Shown piece after piece: positions 30,370 to 43,212 of a DNA stretch of 64,000 nt. Below the pieces are notes generated by a model that searched no databases, was not told the DNA's origin, and saw only the letters and a list, made by a program, of their open reading frames with translations. Numbering within the stretch: position 1 is the stretch's first letter; the number at the start of each line of letters is the position of its first letter. The position numbers and the translations under genes were made by a program. The stretch is taken from assembly GCA_002189035.1 (NCBI GenBank), contig NEEC01000017.1, forward strand, positions 992,001 to 1,056,000. Reading direction: 5' to 3'. This DNA is from Utricularia gibba. Taxonomy: Eukaryota > Plantae > Magnoliophyta.

Positions 30370-30560
30370 AAGCTGTATCCATTGGGCCGAATGCCGAACT
30401 TGTACAGTTGTGTAAATTGGGCGTTGGGCCGAACCTAAAATGGGCTGTACGGACATTCCGCCCAAAGTCATTTGGACGCTGTCGCGTGACTTGACTGACG
30501 TGACTTCCTCGGCTGACCCTCCAAAGAAGAAATAACCGACCGATGCATTTCCTTATAATA
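30370..30560. promoter_or_regulatory. Compact bidirectional promoter TMEM18 / FLOE
   Basis: Three site II motifs (TGGGCC 30383 and 30425; TGGGCT 30441) and TGACGTG; the two ATGs are 474 bp apart. Confidence 0.6.
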
Positions 30561-30620
30561 AGCTGAAAATCGAATCATTTCTCCGATTTCCGAATTCTGA
30601 TCTTCGATTGGGGTTTTCAG

Positions 30621-32806
30621 ATGAACAATTCAGCGTCTCAGTTCATGGACAAGAAAATCATGGATCTCTCTAAGCCCCAAGCTGTTGCCGATGGCGAAGA
30701 GAATATTTTCGTCGATTTCCTTGATCGCCAATCGGAGAAGAAGGAGGATGTTCTCGCCAGCTACGATTTCATGCCAATTCGAAAAGGCCTTGGATCTGCG
30801 TCCACGATGGCGACTTTTTCTTCGGATGTCGATACCGGAGATGTGGATTTTGCCCGTAGAACGTGGAATTCGTTGGATTCCAAAAGCGGTGCCCCTTCAA
30901 TCAGAGTATTTTTTTTTTTTTTCCATTACTTGTCTTTCATTTTTTGTTTTCTTCTTGTTTTGGAAATTCTTGGTTTTGAGGAGTTCATATTGCCATCATT
31001 TGTTTGTATTTTGCTGTGAGTTTCTTGAAGTATAATAGGCTAGCTAATCTGATGGGATTCTGAATGCAGTTGTCCAAACTTTGTTCCGCTGATTTAGTCG
31101 GCCTTTCTTTGTGTTTGTTTTTTTTAGAGTTATAATGCTCTCGACGCTGATGAATCTGCCAAGTTCAGCCAACCGAAGCAGAAAAACAGCGATGTGCCTT
31201 CGAACTTTTCATTAGTTTGGGAGATGGATATGATGTTGAAGAAAAATATGGAGAGTGTGACACATTGCGTTGATACTATGAGCGCTCAGTTATCTCAACT
31301 GGAAACAAGAACTCGCAACCTTGAGAATTCCATCCATGAACTGAAGGAATCAGTTCACAATAATCATGGCAGCATTGATGGGCGAATGAGGCTGTTGGAG
31401 AATATTCTGAATGAGGTACGTCTGCATTTCAGTTTTAGGTGGAGACGGCTCCCTTTTATTATTCAATCAGTTATTTATCTCCAGAAGTATGCTGTTGCTC
31501 TGGATTGCAGATTTCTTAGCTTTGTTCTTTGTGGCCTTTTGTGTTTTTCTTCCTGAAATTAGATTTCGTGGTGCTTATTGCATTTGAAAAGAATTTAGAA
31601 ATCACTACTTCTGTATCCCATTTAAGTTCTGCTATTTATGAAACCTTGTTACAGGTGCGAAATGGTGTGGGGATTATCAAAGACAAGCAAGAAATAATGG
31701 AAGCTCAACTTCAGATAGCTAAACTGCAAGTTTCCCCAGTGGAAAAAGATGAAAGCAATAGCACTGCTCTTGCGGATCCCACTCAAGGGGCATCTGGTAA
31801 CCAGCAGTTCCCCAGTTATTCTCTTGCACAGCCACCTCAGTCACAACCTGCACTTCCTCCACCCCCAAATCAAAATTTACAGCTTCCGTTTCAACCCCCT
31901 GCCCGAGAATCCTACTTCCTCCCATCGACCCAAACTCCAGAAAACCCACCTCAGCAGTATCAAGTCTCTGCTCCACAGCCACCACCGCAGCCGCAGCTGC
32001 AACCTGTCCAAATTCCACAGCAACAACAATATCAACCACCCTCCTCCCAGCCACCACCGCAGCCACAGCTTCAGCCTGTCCAAATTCCACAGCAACAACA
32101 ATATCAATCACCCTCTCCCCAGCCGCAATATCCTCAACAACCTCCTCCCTCTCAACCCCCGCCTGCTATGCCTTCCCAACAGCCTCCAACATTTTCAGCT
32201 GCAAATCCCCCATCTATGTTGATGCCGCCCTATGGCCAGAATCCGGAGGAAGCTTCTTATGCTCCGCCTCAAACTTACCCACCCAGCATGCATCCTTCAT
32301 CATCTCGGCCACCAACCGGATTATCTCAACCTCCTCCTCCTGAGCAGCCCTATGGACCTGGACCTACTCCAAATACGTACTTTCCTTTACCTAGCAGAAC
32401 GGGTCCTGGATTTTCTGGACCTTACGGACCTCCTGGTGGTACCGGGGAAGCATATCCGAATCCATACAACAACCCTCAATCACAATATGGTGGTAGCTCC
32501 CACTTGAAGCCTCAGCAACGTCCTCAGCTGCCCACCGCCCGAATATTACCTGAGGCATTGCCAACGGCTGCTCCAGTAGGGAGTTCCTCATCCGGGTCCG
32601 GTGGCTCCGGAAGCAAGATTCCTACAGATGATGTGGTCGACAGAGTTGCAGCCATGGGGTTCCCCAGAGATCAGGTGAGAGCGACGGTTAGAAGGTTGAG
32701 TGAGGATGGGCATCCCATTGATTTGAATGCAGTTCTTGACAAGTTGATGAATGGAGGAGGGGAAGGTCAAGCAGCCCAGCAGCGAGGTTGGTTTGGGCGG
32801 CCGTAG
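30621..32806 (+). CDS. FLOE2: DUF1421 prion-like protein, FLOE2/FLOE3 type (exons 30621-30905, 31128-31415, 31655-32806)
   Basis: SQFMDKKIMDLS N-terminus; coiled coil SAQLSQLETRTRNLENSI; Q/P/S-rich region; DUF1421 ARILPEALP; VVDRVAAMGFPRDQVRATV...GWFGR. FLOE2 versus FLOE3 not resolved. Confidence 0.85.
31976..32119 (+). repeat. 72-bp (24-aa) in-frame tandem repeat in the QPS region
   Basis: QPPPQPQLQPVQIPQQQQYQPPSS / QPPPQPQLQPVQIPQQQQYQSPSP. Confidence 0.92.
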
Positions 32807-33175
32807 GATTTGGGTTTCTTCCCACAAGTCTTGTGGACATTCGACTTCGCGGTGATTTGGTTACGCGCAGTTTGTGAATTGCAGTTGCTTTGTGGATGAC
32901 GTACGGTGTGCATAAGCATTTGATTCTAACAAGCACTCAAAATCAGCGTCGGCCGAAGTACGGTTTTGTTGGGTCTCGCTGTTCGGGCGCTAGGGCTTAT
33001 CTACATGGGCCTTGACGGACCCCAGCAGCGCGGCTCGGCTCGGCTCAGCTTAATTTATCGCATGGGCGTTCGTTTCCGGGCCTAAAGAGCCAGGCCGTAC
33101 TTCTTCATCGGTCGCCCGAAATTCGTCAGCCGGCTCAGCGTCTTCTGTAGCAATCGCTTCTCTTCATCAGCGGCA

Positions 33176-35457
<2,282 letters not shown>

Positions 35458-36860
35458 GTAAACAGCAACTCCGTCTGGTCTGTTATTCCCCTGTGGTTCA
35501 GCTACTCAAAGAACTCCGAGCATATAAGTTGACATGTGTTTCTTGGGAGCATTTTCTGCATGCTGGCTCTGGAATGTCTATGTCATGTTACCCCATGTTT
35601 CACAAGGGATGGGAATCGAGCTCCCCCTGGTTCCCCCTTCCGGCCTTTGTGTGTGAAACAAGGGAGGGGGGAATGGAGAGCTTTCTGGATGCGAAAAGCA
35701 AAGATGCTGCCCCAGCCCCGCGAGAGTGGTGGCGTGGTCCCTTCCATTCCCTTGGCTCCCAGAGTTCGCTGTCGCCCAGATTCCAAGAATGACACCGCGT
35801 CGCCCACTGCGATTCCCGTCCAACGAATGTAATGAGATTCACCGGGGAAAGTAAACCCTATCGTATAAGGAACCCGCATCAATGTCAAAGGGACACGAAC
35901 CCACTTCACATCCAACCGCGCCATTCACGTCTTTCCAATTTCGACATCAAGTTAGGCACCAACTGAACCAAATATGAAATATCCAATTCTTTACTGCATC
36001 AATATTTATAAATTTATAATTAATTCTTATATTTCAATATATAATTATTCACTAATTATTTATATCTATTTGACGTAACTTTTCTGAAATAAGGTCATTG
36101 TCTAAGGTATAATGTAAGAATCTTAGGTAAATCTTTCATCGATTAAGTATATGGATAAAGTAACAGTTTGCATAGAATTAACTTATCTAATTCTGCATAA
36201 AATCTTTTTTTGATGTTCTAAAAGTATATCATATAACACAAAATGAATCGTTATATTTTCTATTTATCGAGAAGTGTTTTAATCGGATCGATATATGATC
36301 TTTCAAATGATTTGATATTTTGAGATCGATATCGAAAAAATTTATAGTATAAGATCGATATTCAATATTAGGATATTAGGGTTTAGGGTATGCACTTCTA
36401 ATATTCAATACTCATCATATACGATTGAATTTGTAAAAAGTGTGCCGCAATCCTCCACGGAAAGGGGAAATGGACAGGGGAAAAAGCGTACGTGGGGGAT
36501 ATGCATATGGGTCCCACAGGGAATCCCACCCTTTTCCCTTTAGTTTTTTTTAGCTTTACTAGAATAAAGTGGCTACCAGCCTCGTCATCAAATATTCTGG
36601 ACTCTAAATAAAAATAATTATTTTAATTATTTTTGAATGATTTTAATTAAATCAATTAATTCAACTCTATATTGGGTGTTATTTTTCTAAAATGATTTTT
36701 CGAGAAATACTTTTAATAAAATGAAAATTAAATTTCTACTTCTAAATTTTTACTATTTTTAAGATTGAATTTTCAAAAAATAAAAAGAAAACCTGAAGCA
36801 TTTGTTGTTCAGAACGTGAACTAAATAATTAAAATGTTTGAAACCGCCTTTCCTCCATAG

Positions 36861-36930
36861 TGACGTCGAGGAGGGGTTGGAATCCATGACGTCATGCATA
36901 CGCACACGCCCCCTCCCGCTATAAAAGCGC
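36861..36930 (+). promoter_or_regulatory. bZIP C-box/CRE-type sites and TATA box upstream of the small gene
   Basis: TGACGTCG at 36861; 12-bp palindrome CATGACGTCATG at 36885-36896; CTATAAAAG at ~36919. Confidence 0.5.
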
Positions 36931-36979
36931 GCCACACGCAGCATTCTATTTCCTATAGCCTAAACCTTCAACCAGAGCA

Positions 36980-37314
36980 ATGGACTCCAACGGCTCCAAG
37001 CGCAAGCTCTTCTCCAAATCCAGCTTCATCCGGCCCTTCCACCGGGGGCCAAGGCCGCCGCCCCCAGTTACTCGTCTCCGGATCTAATGGAGTTCCTCAC
37101 GAGGCCCCCCATGGGGTTCTTCATCCTGAACCAGGACATGGTTTACCCTCCTCCGCCTCCCAAGGTCTCCTTCATGCTCCCGGAGAAGGCCAACTCCTGC
37201 AGCCACGTGCATAACTTCCCCGGGAGAGGCGCCGACGAGGACGGAGTCGACGATAAGGCCACCAGGTACATACTCAGCGTGCAGGAGAGGTTTCGACTGG
37301 AACAAGTGAACTGA
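36980..37314 (+). CDS. Small (~111 aa) plant-specific protein with a DUF761-like C-terminal motif; apparent -1 frameshift in the G run at 37044-37048
   Basis: MDSNGSKRKLFSKSSFIRPFHRG joins (with +1 G) AKAAAPSYSSPDL...GFFILNQD...PKVSF...VDDKATRYILSVQERFRLEQVN. Single exon with TATA box. Confidence 0.7.
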
Positions 37315-37841
37315 TGAGAGAGTCACAGTCGCAGCAGGCAGCTATGGGTTTTCTCTCATGTCTTGCTTGGTATCATCAGTTCATGGTCCTCTGTATCTAA
37401 AAGCTTTTGTCCATCCCTGTATCTACCCAACACTGTAATAACTCCAGTACAGAATAAATATTGTACATTACATACTCACTGTTAGTGTTTCTCTCTTGTG
37501 AATTCATGGAGTTTTGACCCTTTGGGCACTGGGTTGAAATGGATCAGCAGGAACCAACAAAAGGGTCCCGGTTGGAGTGTGAAACCGGGTTCAGTGGATG
37601 GGAAAAAGCAGGTTTCAGATAGAGATCAAAAAAGAGGTCTGATCATGACATATACTTTGCCTCCCTTTAAGCCCTTCCGGGTTCCGGCCAGCACCTTTTG
37701 CCTCCACAAGGTCTATTTTAGCATCCATGTCCAGAGATCCTTCTTCCCTAAGCAAAGAAAGGCCGCCCTCCTACTTATTCCCGAGCAAACGCCGCTGTTC
37801 GGAACTGGATTTGAGTTTAGGTGTCTCCCGGTGAAGAAGGG

Positions 37842-38054
37842 ATGGGAGCGGATTGGGGGCCGGTGGTGGTGGCGGTGGTGATGTTCGTCGTCCTCTCGCC
37901 GGGGCTGCTGTTCCAGTTGCCGGCAAGGGCAAGGGTGATCGAGTTCGGCAACATGTTCACCAGTGGGATCTCTATACTTGTTCATGCTGTAATCTACTTC
38001 TGTATCTACACTATCCTGATTGTAGCCATCGGAGTTCATATACATTCCGGCTGA
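37842..38054 (+). CDS. DUF3339 small membrane protein (70 aa)
   Basis: DWGPVVVAVVMFVVLSPGLLFQLP...IEFGNMFTSGISILVH family motif. Confidence 0.9.
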   Translation: MGADWGPVVVAVVMFVVLSPGLLFQLPARARVIEFGNMFTSGISILVHAVIYFCIYTILIVAIGVHIHSG

Positions 38055-38317
38055 CTTCGCCTCCTTCACTACTTTTCTACTTCCATTGTAATCCATAACC
38101 CGTTCCTGGAAATTCCCAGAACAGTAATCAGGCAACACAGCATACACAAAAAGCAAATCATGTTCGTTAATCAAGAAGGATTAGGCGATTTCAACTGCAC
38201 CAGCCCACATGGCTGAAATTGTAGTTTTAATTCTTCTGATTCACACAAGAATTATTACAGTGCCCGTGATGGGAAACTTGTCCTGAATTAGGACACTAGT
38301 CATGGAGCGTAGGACTT

Positions 38318-38527
38318 CTAGCCCAGGTACATATGGATTCCGATGGCCAACAAGAAGATGCACATAAGGCCGAAGAACACAACGGAGTGAACCAAGATGG
38401 AAGCGCCGCTCGTCTGGAAGTTTCCAAACTCGACGTAGCGATTCTGGCCGGGAACCTGAATCAGCAGCCCCGGCGTCAGCACCACGAACAGCGCCACGGC
38501 AATGAAGACCGGCCCCCAATCTAACAT
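38318..38527 (-). CDS. DUF3339 small membrane protein (69 aa)
   Basis: DWGPVFIAVALFVVLTPGLLIQVPG...VEFGNFQTSGASILVH family motif. Confidence 0.9.
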   Translation of the reverse strand: MLDWGPVFIAVALFVVLTPGLLIQVPGQNRYVEFGNFQTSGASILVHSVVFFGLMCIFLLAIGIHMYLG

Positions 38528-38854
38528 CTCTGTGCGCTGGTTAGGCCAAATGTGATGCTGGGTGATGGGTTCAAATAGGCAAATGGTGATTGTGAAGCAT
38601 AAGTAGTTGTCCTGAGGACGTTAAAGGCCTGCTGTGAGTTTGGAATTTCGCCGTTGCTTAGAAGATGGAAATTCCATCAAACTGCACGACAAACAAGATT
38701 CCATCTACACAAAATAGCTGGTAAATAAATCCCCGGCATTATAAAAATGTAAAAGTCAGCATCAAAACCTGGAATCCGAGCTCAAAATTTAGGATCTAAA
38801 TGTTAAGAAGCTGTGTGGTGAAATGGAGTAGCCATAAGGAAAACGAAACTAGGC

Positions 38855-40595
38855 TTATTTCTGAGTAGGGGATGGGGGCATGTTGGATTTTGCAAACCCC
38901 AGCCAGACCACAAGGCCGACACCAAGCATAATCCACCCAAGGATGTCATACTTGAGATCAGAATTCTTGTTCTTCTTGGCACTCGGCTCCTGCAGGAATC
39001 ATTGCAGATGATGGGATTCAATATTGAACATGAATGGGATTCATTGATAATCAGAAGTTCGCATAAGAGGATAGTCAGTAGTCACTCTGAATATTACAGA
39101 TAAATATCATTGGCACCGAATGAAACGAACTCCTTTTAGATGCGATTATGGAAGTAGTTTGGGATGCCATGGTTTTTTCATTAGACAACAAAATTCTAAT
39201 CTTGGGGAGTTATAAAAAGGGAGTTCACCATTTCCTGATGAAAATAACAAACAATGTAGGAAAATTCATATAGCAGTAGAATTGCGCCCTTACCTTCGCA
39301 CTTGTAAAAGTGGACGCACTCTCTCCTATAGTCTGCTGACCCAAGCCATGCCTGTGGAGCTCCAAATGAAACTCAGGAGCCTGAAAAAGCCGGAAATAAT
39401 AGCTAAATTAGTTGCACTACGAATTCAAGATGACAAAACTCACGAACAAACATTGGCAGTAAAAATATAAAATGACTCTATACGGATCAAATCATGTGTA
39501 TTGGAAGATTTGAACCTTGATACCAAGACCATCTAACGAAAAGGCCCCAACAAACTAGAACTGCAGTTTTAGACTTTTTCCAACATTATGCTTATAATTG
39601 CAGAGGCAAAACGATGTGGAGCAATAAACACAAAACACCTCTATAAAGCAGTTGCAATTCCAGTTTTTCTAATTCAACCCAACTTCTAAATCTCACAAAC
39701 AAACTCTAGACCTGCAGATGAAATTGTAACAAAACCCAGCAGTTTTCAAGAATGAAATTCAAGTATAACTCTTAGGAGCACAAACAAAGTAGTTTCCCAG
39801 AATCCTAAACAAGGAAAATTAGTTGAATTACCCTCTCAGCGAGTTCTACAGAATTCTTATAAAGATCATTTTGTGGTTCCTGCACAAGAAAATCAACACT
39901 GCGTGAATTTCAATATACCATATCCATAAGCAGAGACCCCTCAACAACTAGATTACCAGTTCATATGCCTGCTCAAAATACTGAGCCGCCTTATCAAAGT
40001 CACCCTTAGCCTCCTCCTGATCAGGAGTCAGAAATCCATTGGAAGTATATGCGTTCCCAAGGGACCATAGAGCCTCGTGCTTGGTAGGGTCAACAAGCAC
40101 TGCCTCCTCGAGCTTATCTATAGCATCTGTGATAACCCAACCATCGCATTAGCCTATTTTGCCAAGGCCACAAATAAAGCTAAAACCCCAGGTACCAAAC
40201 TCATGAATAAACCATTTTCTAACATCGCAAACTAAATTCCGGATCTTTACGTCAAACAAGGCAAATTTTTGCAAACAGGGGCGTGATTAGCGCCCATCCT
40301 CCTCACAAATTCAGGATAACCAAAGTAATTTAACCTTGAATCATGTTCTTCGATTCTGGGCCTTTCTGAAACTGTGACAACTGAAGCAGCGCGCCACCCC
40401 ATTTGGTGAGATTCTACAAACAAATCATGGATCAGCAAACCCGAAAAACAAAACTTCAACAAATAAAGAAGTGTAGCTAGTAGCAATGAGAGTGAGAACA
40501 TCAGCATCATTGGGATTGTTTTCGTAATTGGATTCCGCATTTCTGCGCTCTTGCTCGAAGAAAAGCAGGCGCTCGAAGTCGCCCCCGATTTCCAT
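38855..40595 (-). CDS. TOM20: Mitochondrial import receptor TOM20, plant type (6 exons)
   Basis: DFERLLFFE; [16 protein letters not shown]; [10 protein letters not shown]; [11 protein letters not shown]; [26 protein letters not shown] tail anchor. Confidence 0.92.
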
Positions 40596-40848
40596 CTCCG
40601 ATTCTTCCGCTTCACGGGCACTGGCTTCCAAATTCCACCTCCAGTATCCTTTTTCCTGAAAATATTATTTAGGGTTTTTTCAGTTGACTGCCTATCATTT
40701 TTTTTTATATGACTTAGATATTTAGGGTTTTTTTATGCAAGCCGCCACGGTGTAAAGTTTCGATCTTACAGCTGCTACTGCTTCTCCGGCGATCGGCGAT
40801 CTTGATGCCGACGGTTTTAGGCATCCTCTATGTAACGAATCAGAAAAT

Positions 40849-42234
40849 TCAGCAATAATTTGCCCACCCCACTGTTTTCTTCGAAGTTTCCCTCATCTCG
40901 ACTCTCTGGTTCACAACATCCTCCCATCTTCCAGCCTCTGCATACATATTCGATAAAACCACATGAACCCCAGAATTCTGAGGATCTATACGCAGAATCT
41001 CTTTCGCCACTCTCTCGGCAGCCTCAATGTCCCCATATTCCTTGCAAGCACTCAACAGTGCCCCCCAAATCTCCACGTCGGCATCATAGTTCATTCCTCT
41101 GATCAATTGCTCGGCCTCTGAAATCTGGCCACCCCTACCAAGTAGATCAACAATGCAACTGTAGTGCTTTATTTTGGGTTCAATCCCATAAAGCAATCTC
41201 ATCGAGTAGAAAATCTCCCTGCCACGATCTAACAGCCCAGCACGGCAACAAGCAGTTAAGACTCCCACAAGTGTGATCTCATTTGGTTTCATTTTTTCTT
41301 TTTCCATCATTCGGAAGAAGGACATGGCTTCCTCAGCATCTCCATGAGCCGCCAATCCGCATATTATTGCATTCCATGTTGCCACGTTCTTCACTTTTAA
41401 TCCATGGAAACACTGTTTTGCCTTGACTACTTGTCCATTCTTTGCATACATATCAACTACTGCAGTCCCAAGAATTAGATTCAGCTCCAATCCGTTTTCC
41501 GCAATGTACCTGTGGATCCGCTCTCCCAATTCCAAGCACGCTGTCTGTGCGCAAGCTGACAATACAGAAGAAAGAACAACTTCATTAGGCTCCAGTCCTT
41601 CTACAACCATTCGCTGAAACAATCGTATCGCCTCCTCCGCTCTACAGTTCTGAGCATACCCACATATCATCGTAATCCAGATATTCAAATGCCCCCGTTC
41701 CAGCATTTCATCAAACATCTTTCGTGCATCAGCAAGTTTTCCGGATGCAGAGTAAGCCCTCACCACCCCATTGGCGACATGCAAATCCTTCTCCAACCCG
41801 AACTTCAACGCGCTTGCGTGCACCTGGTCACACACATTTATCATCTTAGCATTTGCGCAAGCCTTGAGAACGAAAGGAAAAGTATACGTTCCAGGTGAAA
41901 TTCCACGTCTTCGCATTTCAACGTAGAGGGTAAGTCCCTCACTCGGATTCAAGCCACTGGCCTTGGCTCTAATCAAAGTGTTCCACATGAAAGTGTTGGG
42001 TGAAGGTGCGTTAAGAAGGAGTTTTTGAGCATAATCGACGCTTCCCGAAGACGACAGAGCACAAAAGTTCAGCAACCGGCTAGCGGCGAAGGTATCGCGA
42101 ATGCATCCGGATACTATCATTTGGGCGTGAATTTCCTTGAGCTGATCCATGGACTTGCATTCGTTGGCTAACACTGCGGCCGCCATGGTTTTACTGGAAA
42201 AGCTTGTCGCCAAGAAACAAGCTTGCCTCTTCAT
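40849..42234 (-). CDS. Intronless PLS-class PPR protein with E domain (no DYW)
   Basis: LKEIHAQMIVSG; NTFMWNTLIR; GTYTFPFVLKACA; repeated PPR motifs; HYSCIVDLLGRGG; WGALLSAC; HVVLSNMYAEAGRW. First in-frame ATG is at 42234. Confidence 0.92.
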   Translation of the reverse strand: MKRQACFLATSFSSKTMAAAVLANECKSMDQLKEIHAQMIVSGCIRDTFAASRLLNFCALSSSGSVDYAQKLLLNAPSPNTFMWNTLIRAKASGLNPSEGLTLYVEMRRRGISPGTYTFPFVLKACANAKMINVCDQVHASALKFGLEKDLHVANGVVRAYSASGKLADARKMFDEMLERGHLNIWITMICGYAQNCRAEEAIRLFQRMVVEGLEPNEVVLSSVLSACAQTACLELGERIHRYIAENGLELNLILGTAVVDMYAKNGQVVKAKQCFHGLKVKNVATWNAIICGLAAHGDAEEAMSFFRMMEKEKMKPNEITLVGVLTACCRAGLLDRGREIFYSMRLLYGIEPKIKHYSCIVDLLGRGGQISEAEQLIRGMNYDADVEIWGALLSACKEYGDIEAAERVAKEILRIDPQNSGVHVVLSNMYAEAGRWEDVVNQRVEMRETSKKTVGWANYC

Positions 42235-42403
42235 CAATTGGTGATATTTCAATTCTCCTTTACTGTCACCAATTTGACTTATTTATAGTTTTTATGTTGA
42301 AGTTCATAGATCCGAATATTGAATGGAGGGAGCCCAATACTATAGGCACGGCCCAATAAAACCTTTGTGGCCTATCAGTGGGCCCATTAAAAACCTTAAT
42401 TTG

Positions 42404-42640
42404 AGATGTGTTCTTAAAAACTTTTATAACGTAGTTTTACTTTTGTATAAATACTTTTCAAAAGTAGAAGTAAAGTTAGTAAAATCACAATCTTTATGAA
42501 TTCTGTAAAAGTTTTTTTTTTATATGATTTCAAAAATAATTCTAATAAAAATACTTTTGAAAATAAGAGTGTTCTGAAAAAAATAACTTTTACTTTAATA
42601 TAATTAAAAGTTATTTATAAAAGTTTTCCAAAACACATAC
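42404..42640. mobile_element. Tourist/PIF-like MITE
   Basis: Imperfect TIRs (AGATGTGTTCTTAAAAACTTTT versus the reverse complement of AAAAGTTTTCCAAAACACATAC); shares the 15-mer AAAAGTAGAAGTAAA with the MITE at 60868. Confidence 0.55.
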
Positions 42641-43212
42641 TTGGTTGATTTGCTCCTTTGCTCATGTACTTTAGTAGAATATTTAATAGTATAATATAAA
42701 ATTTTTATATCTAAATTTACACATAATAATTGTTTGATACCATAGTATAGAAGATTTATAACCAAATTTATAATTAGTTATAAAATGATAATATGGATTT
42801 TAATTTAAACTCTAAGTTTTTTTAATTTTATTTTATTATTACGCTATTTTTATTAAATATAAAAAATTAATAGTATCAATTTTATTAAATATTGAAAATA
42901 TAAACAACCGGGTGCCCATTTTAAAACACACCAATGATAAAATAGAATTAAATATATAATTAAAAATTACAAACGGTTTCTTAAAATAATAATAAATGAT
43001 TTCATCAGAACATAAGTGATTTGATTTTACAACAGAAACAGCAACGTAAGCGTAGTCAATGGAACTCGTCCTTGTAGCTCTGGTGCACGGTTTACATGCT
43101 TGGAAGAGATGGAATGAATCAAACCCAATATTCCTAGGCTTCACCTAATGTGGAAAGCAATCAAACAAAATGACAGTCATGTTTCTGTGTACCATCCTTT
43201 TTTTGTATCTGA

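Noticed and set aside
35852-35860. TAAACCCTA as a possible telomerase RNA template
   Set aside because: No USE (RTCCCACATCG)/TATA snRNA-type promoter, and no downstream G-rich/C-rich pseudoknot signature that I could recognise. It is better explained as a telo-box.
36376-36389. TTAGGGTTTAGGGT interstitial telomeric repeat
   Set aside because: Only two units, which is common in plant DNA and not evidence of a fusion or healing site.
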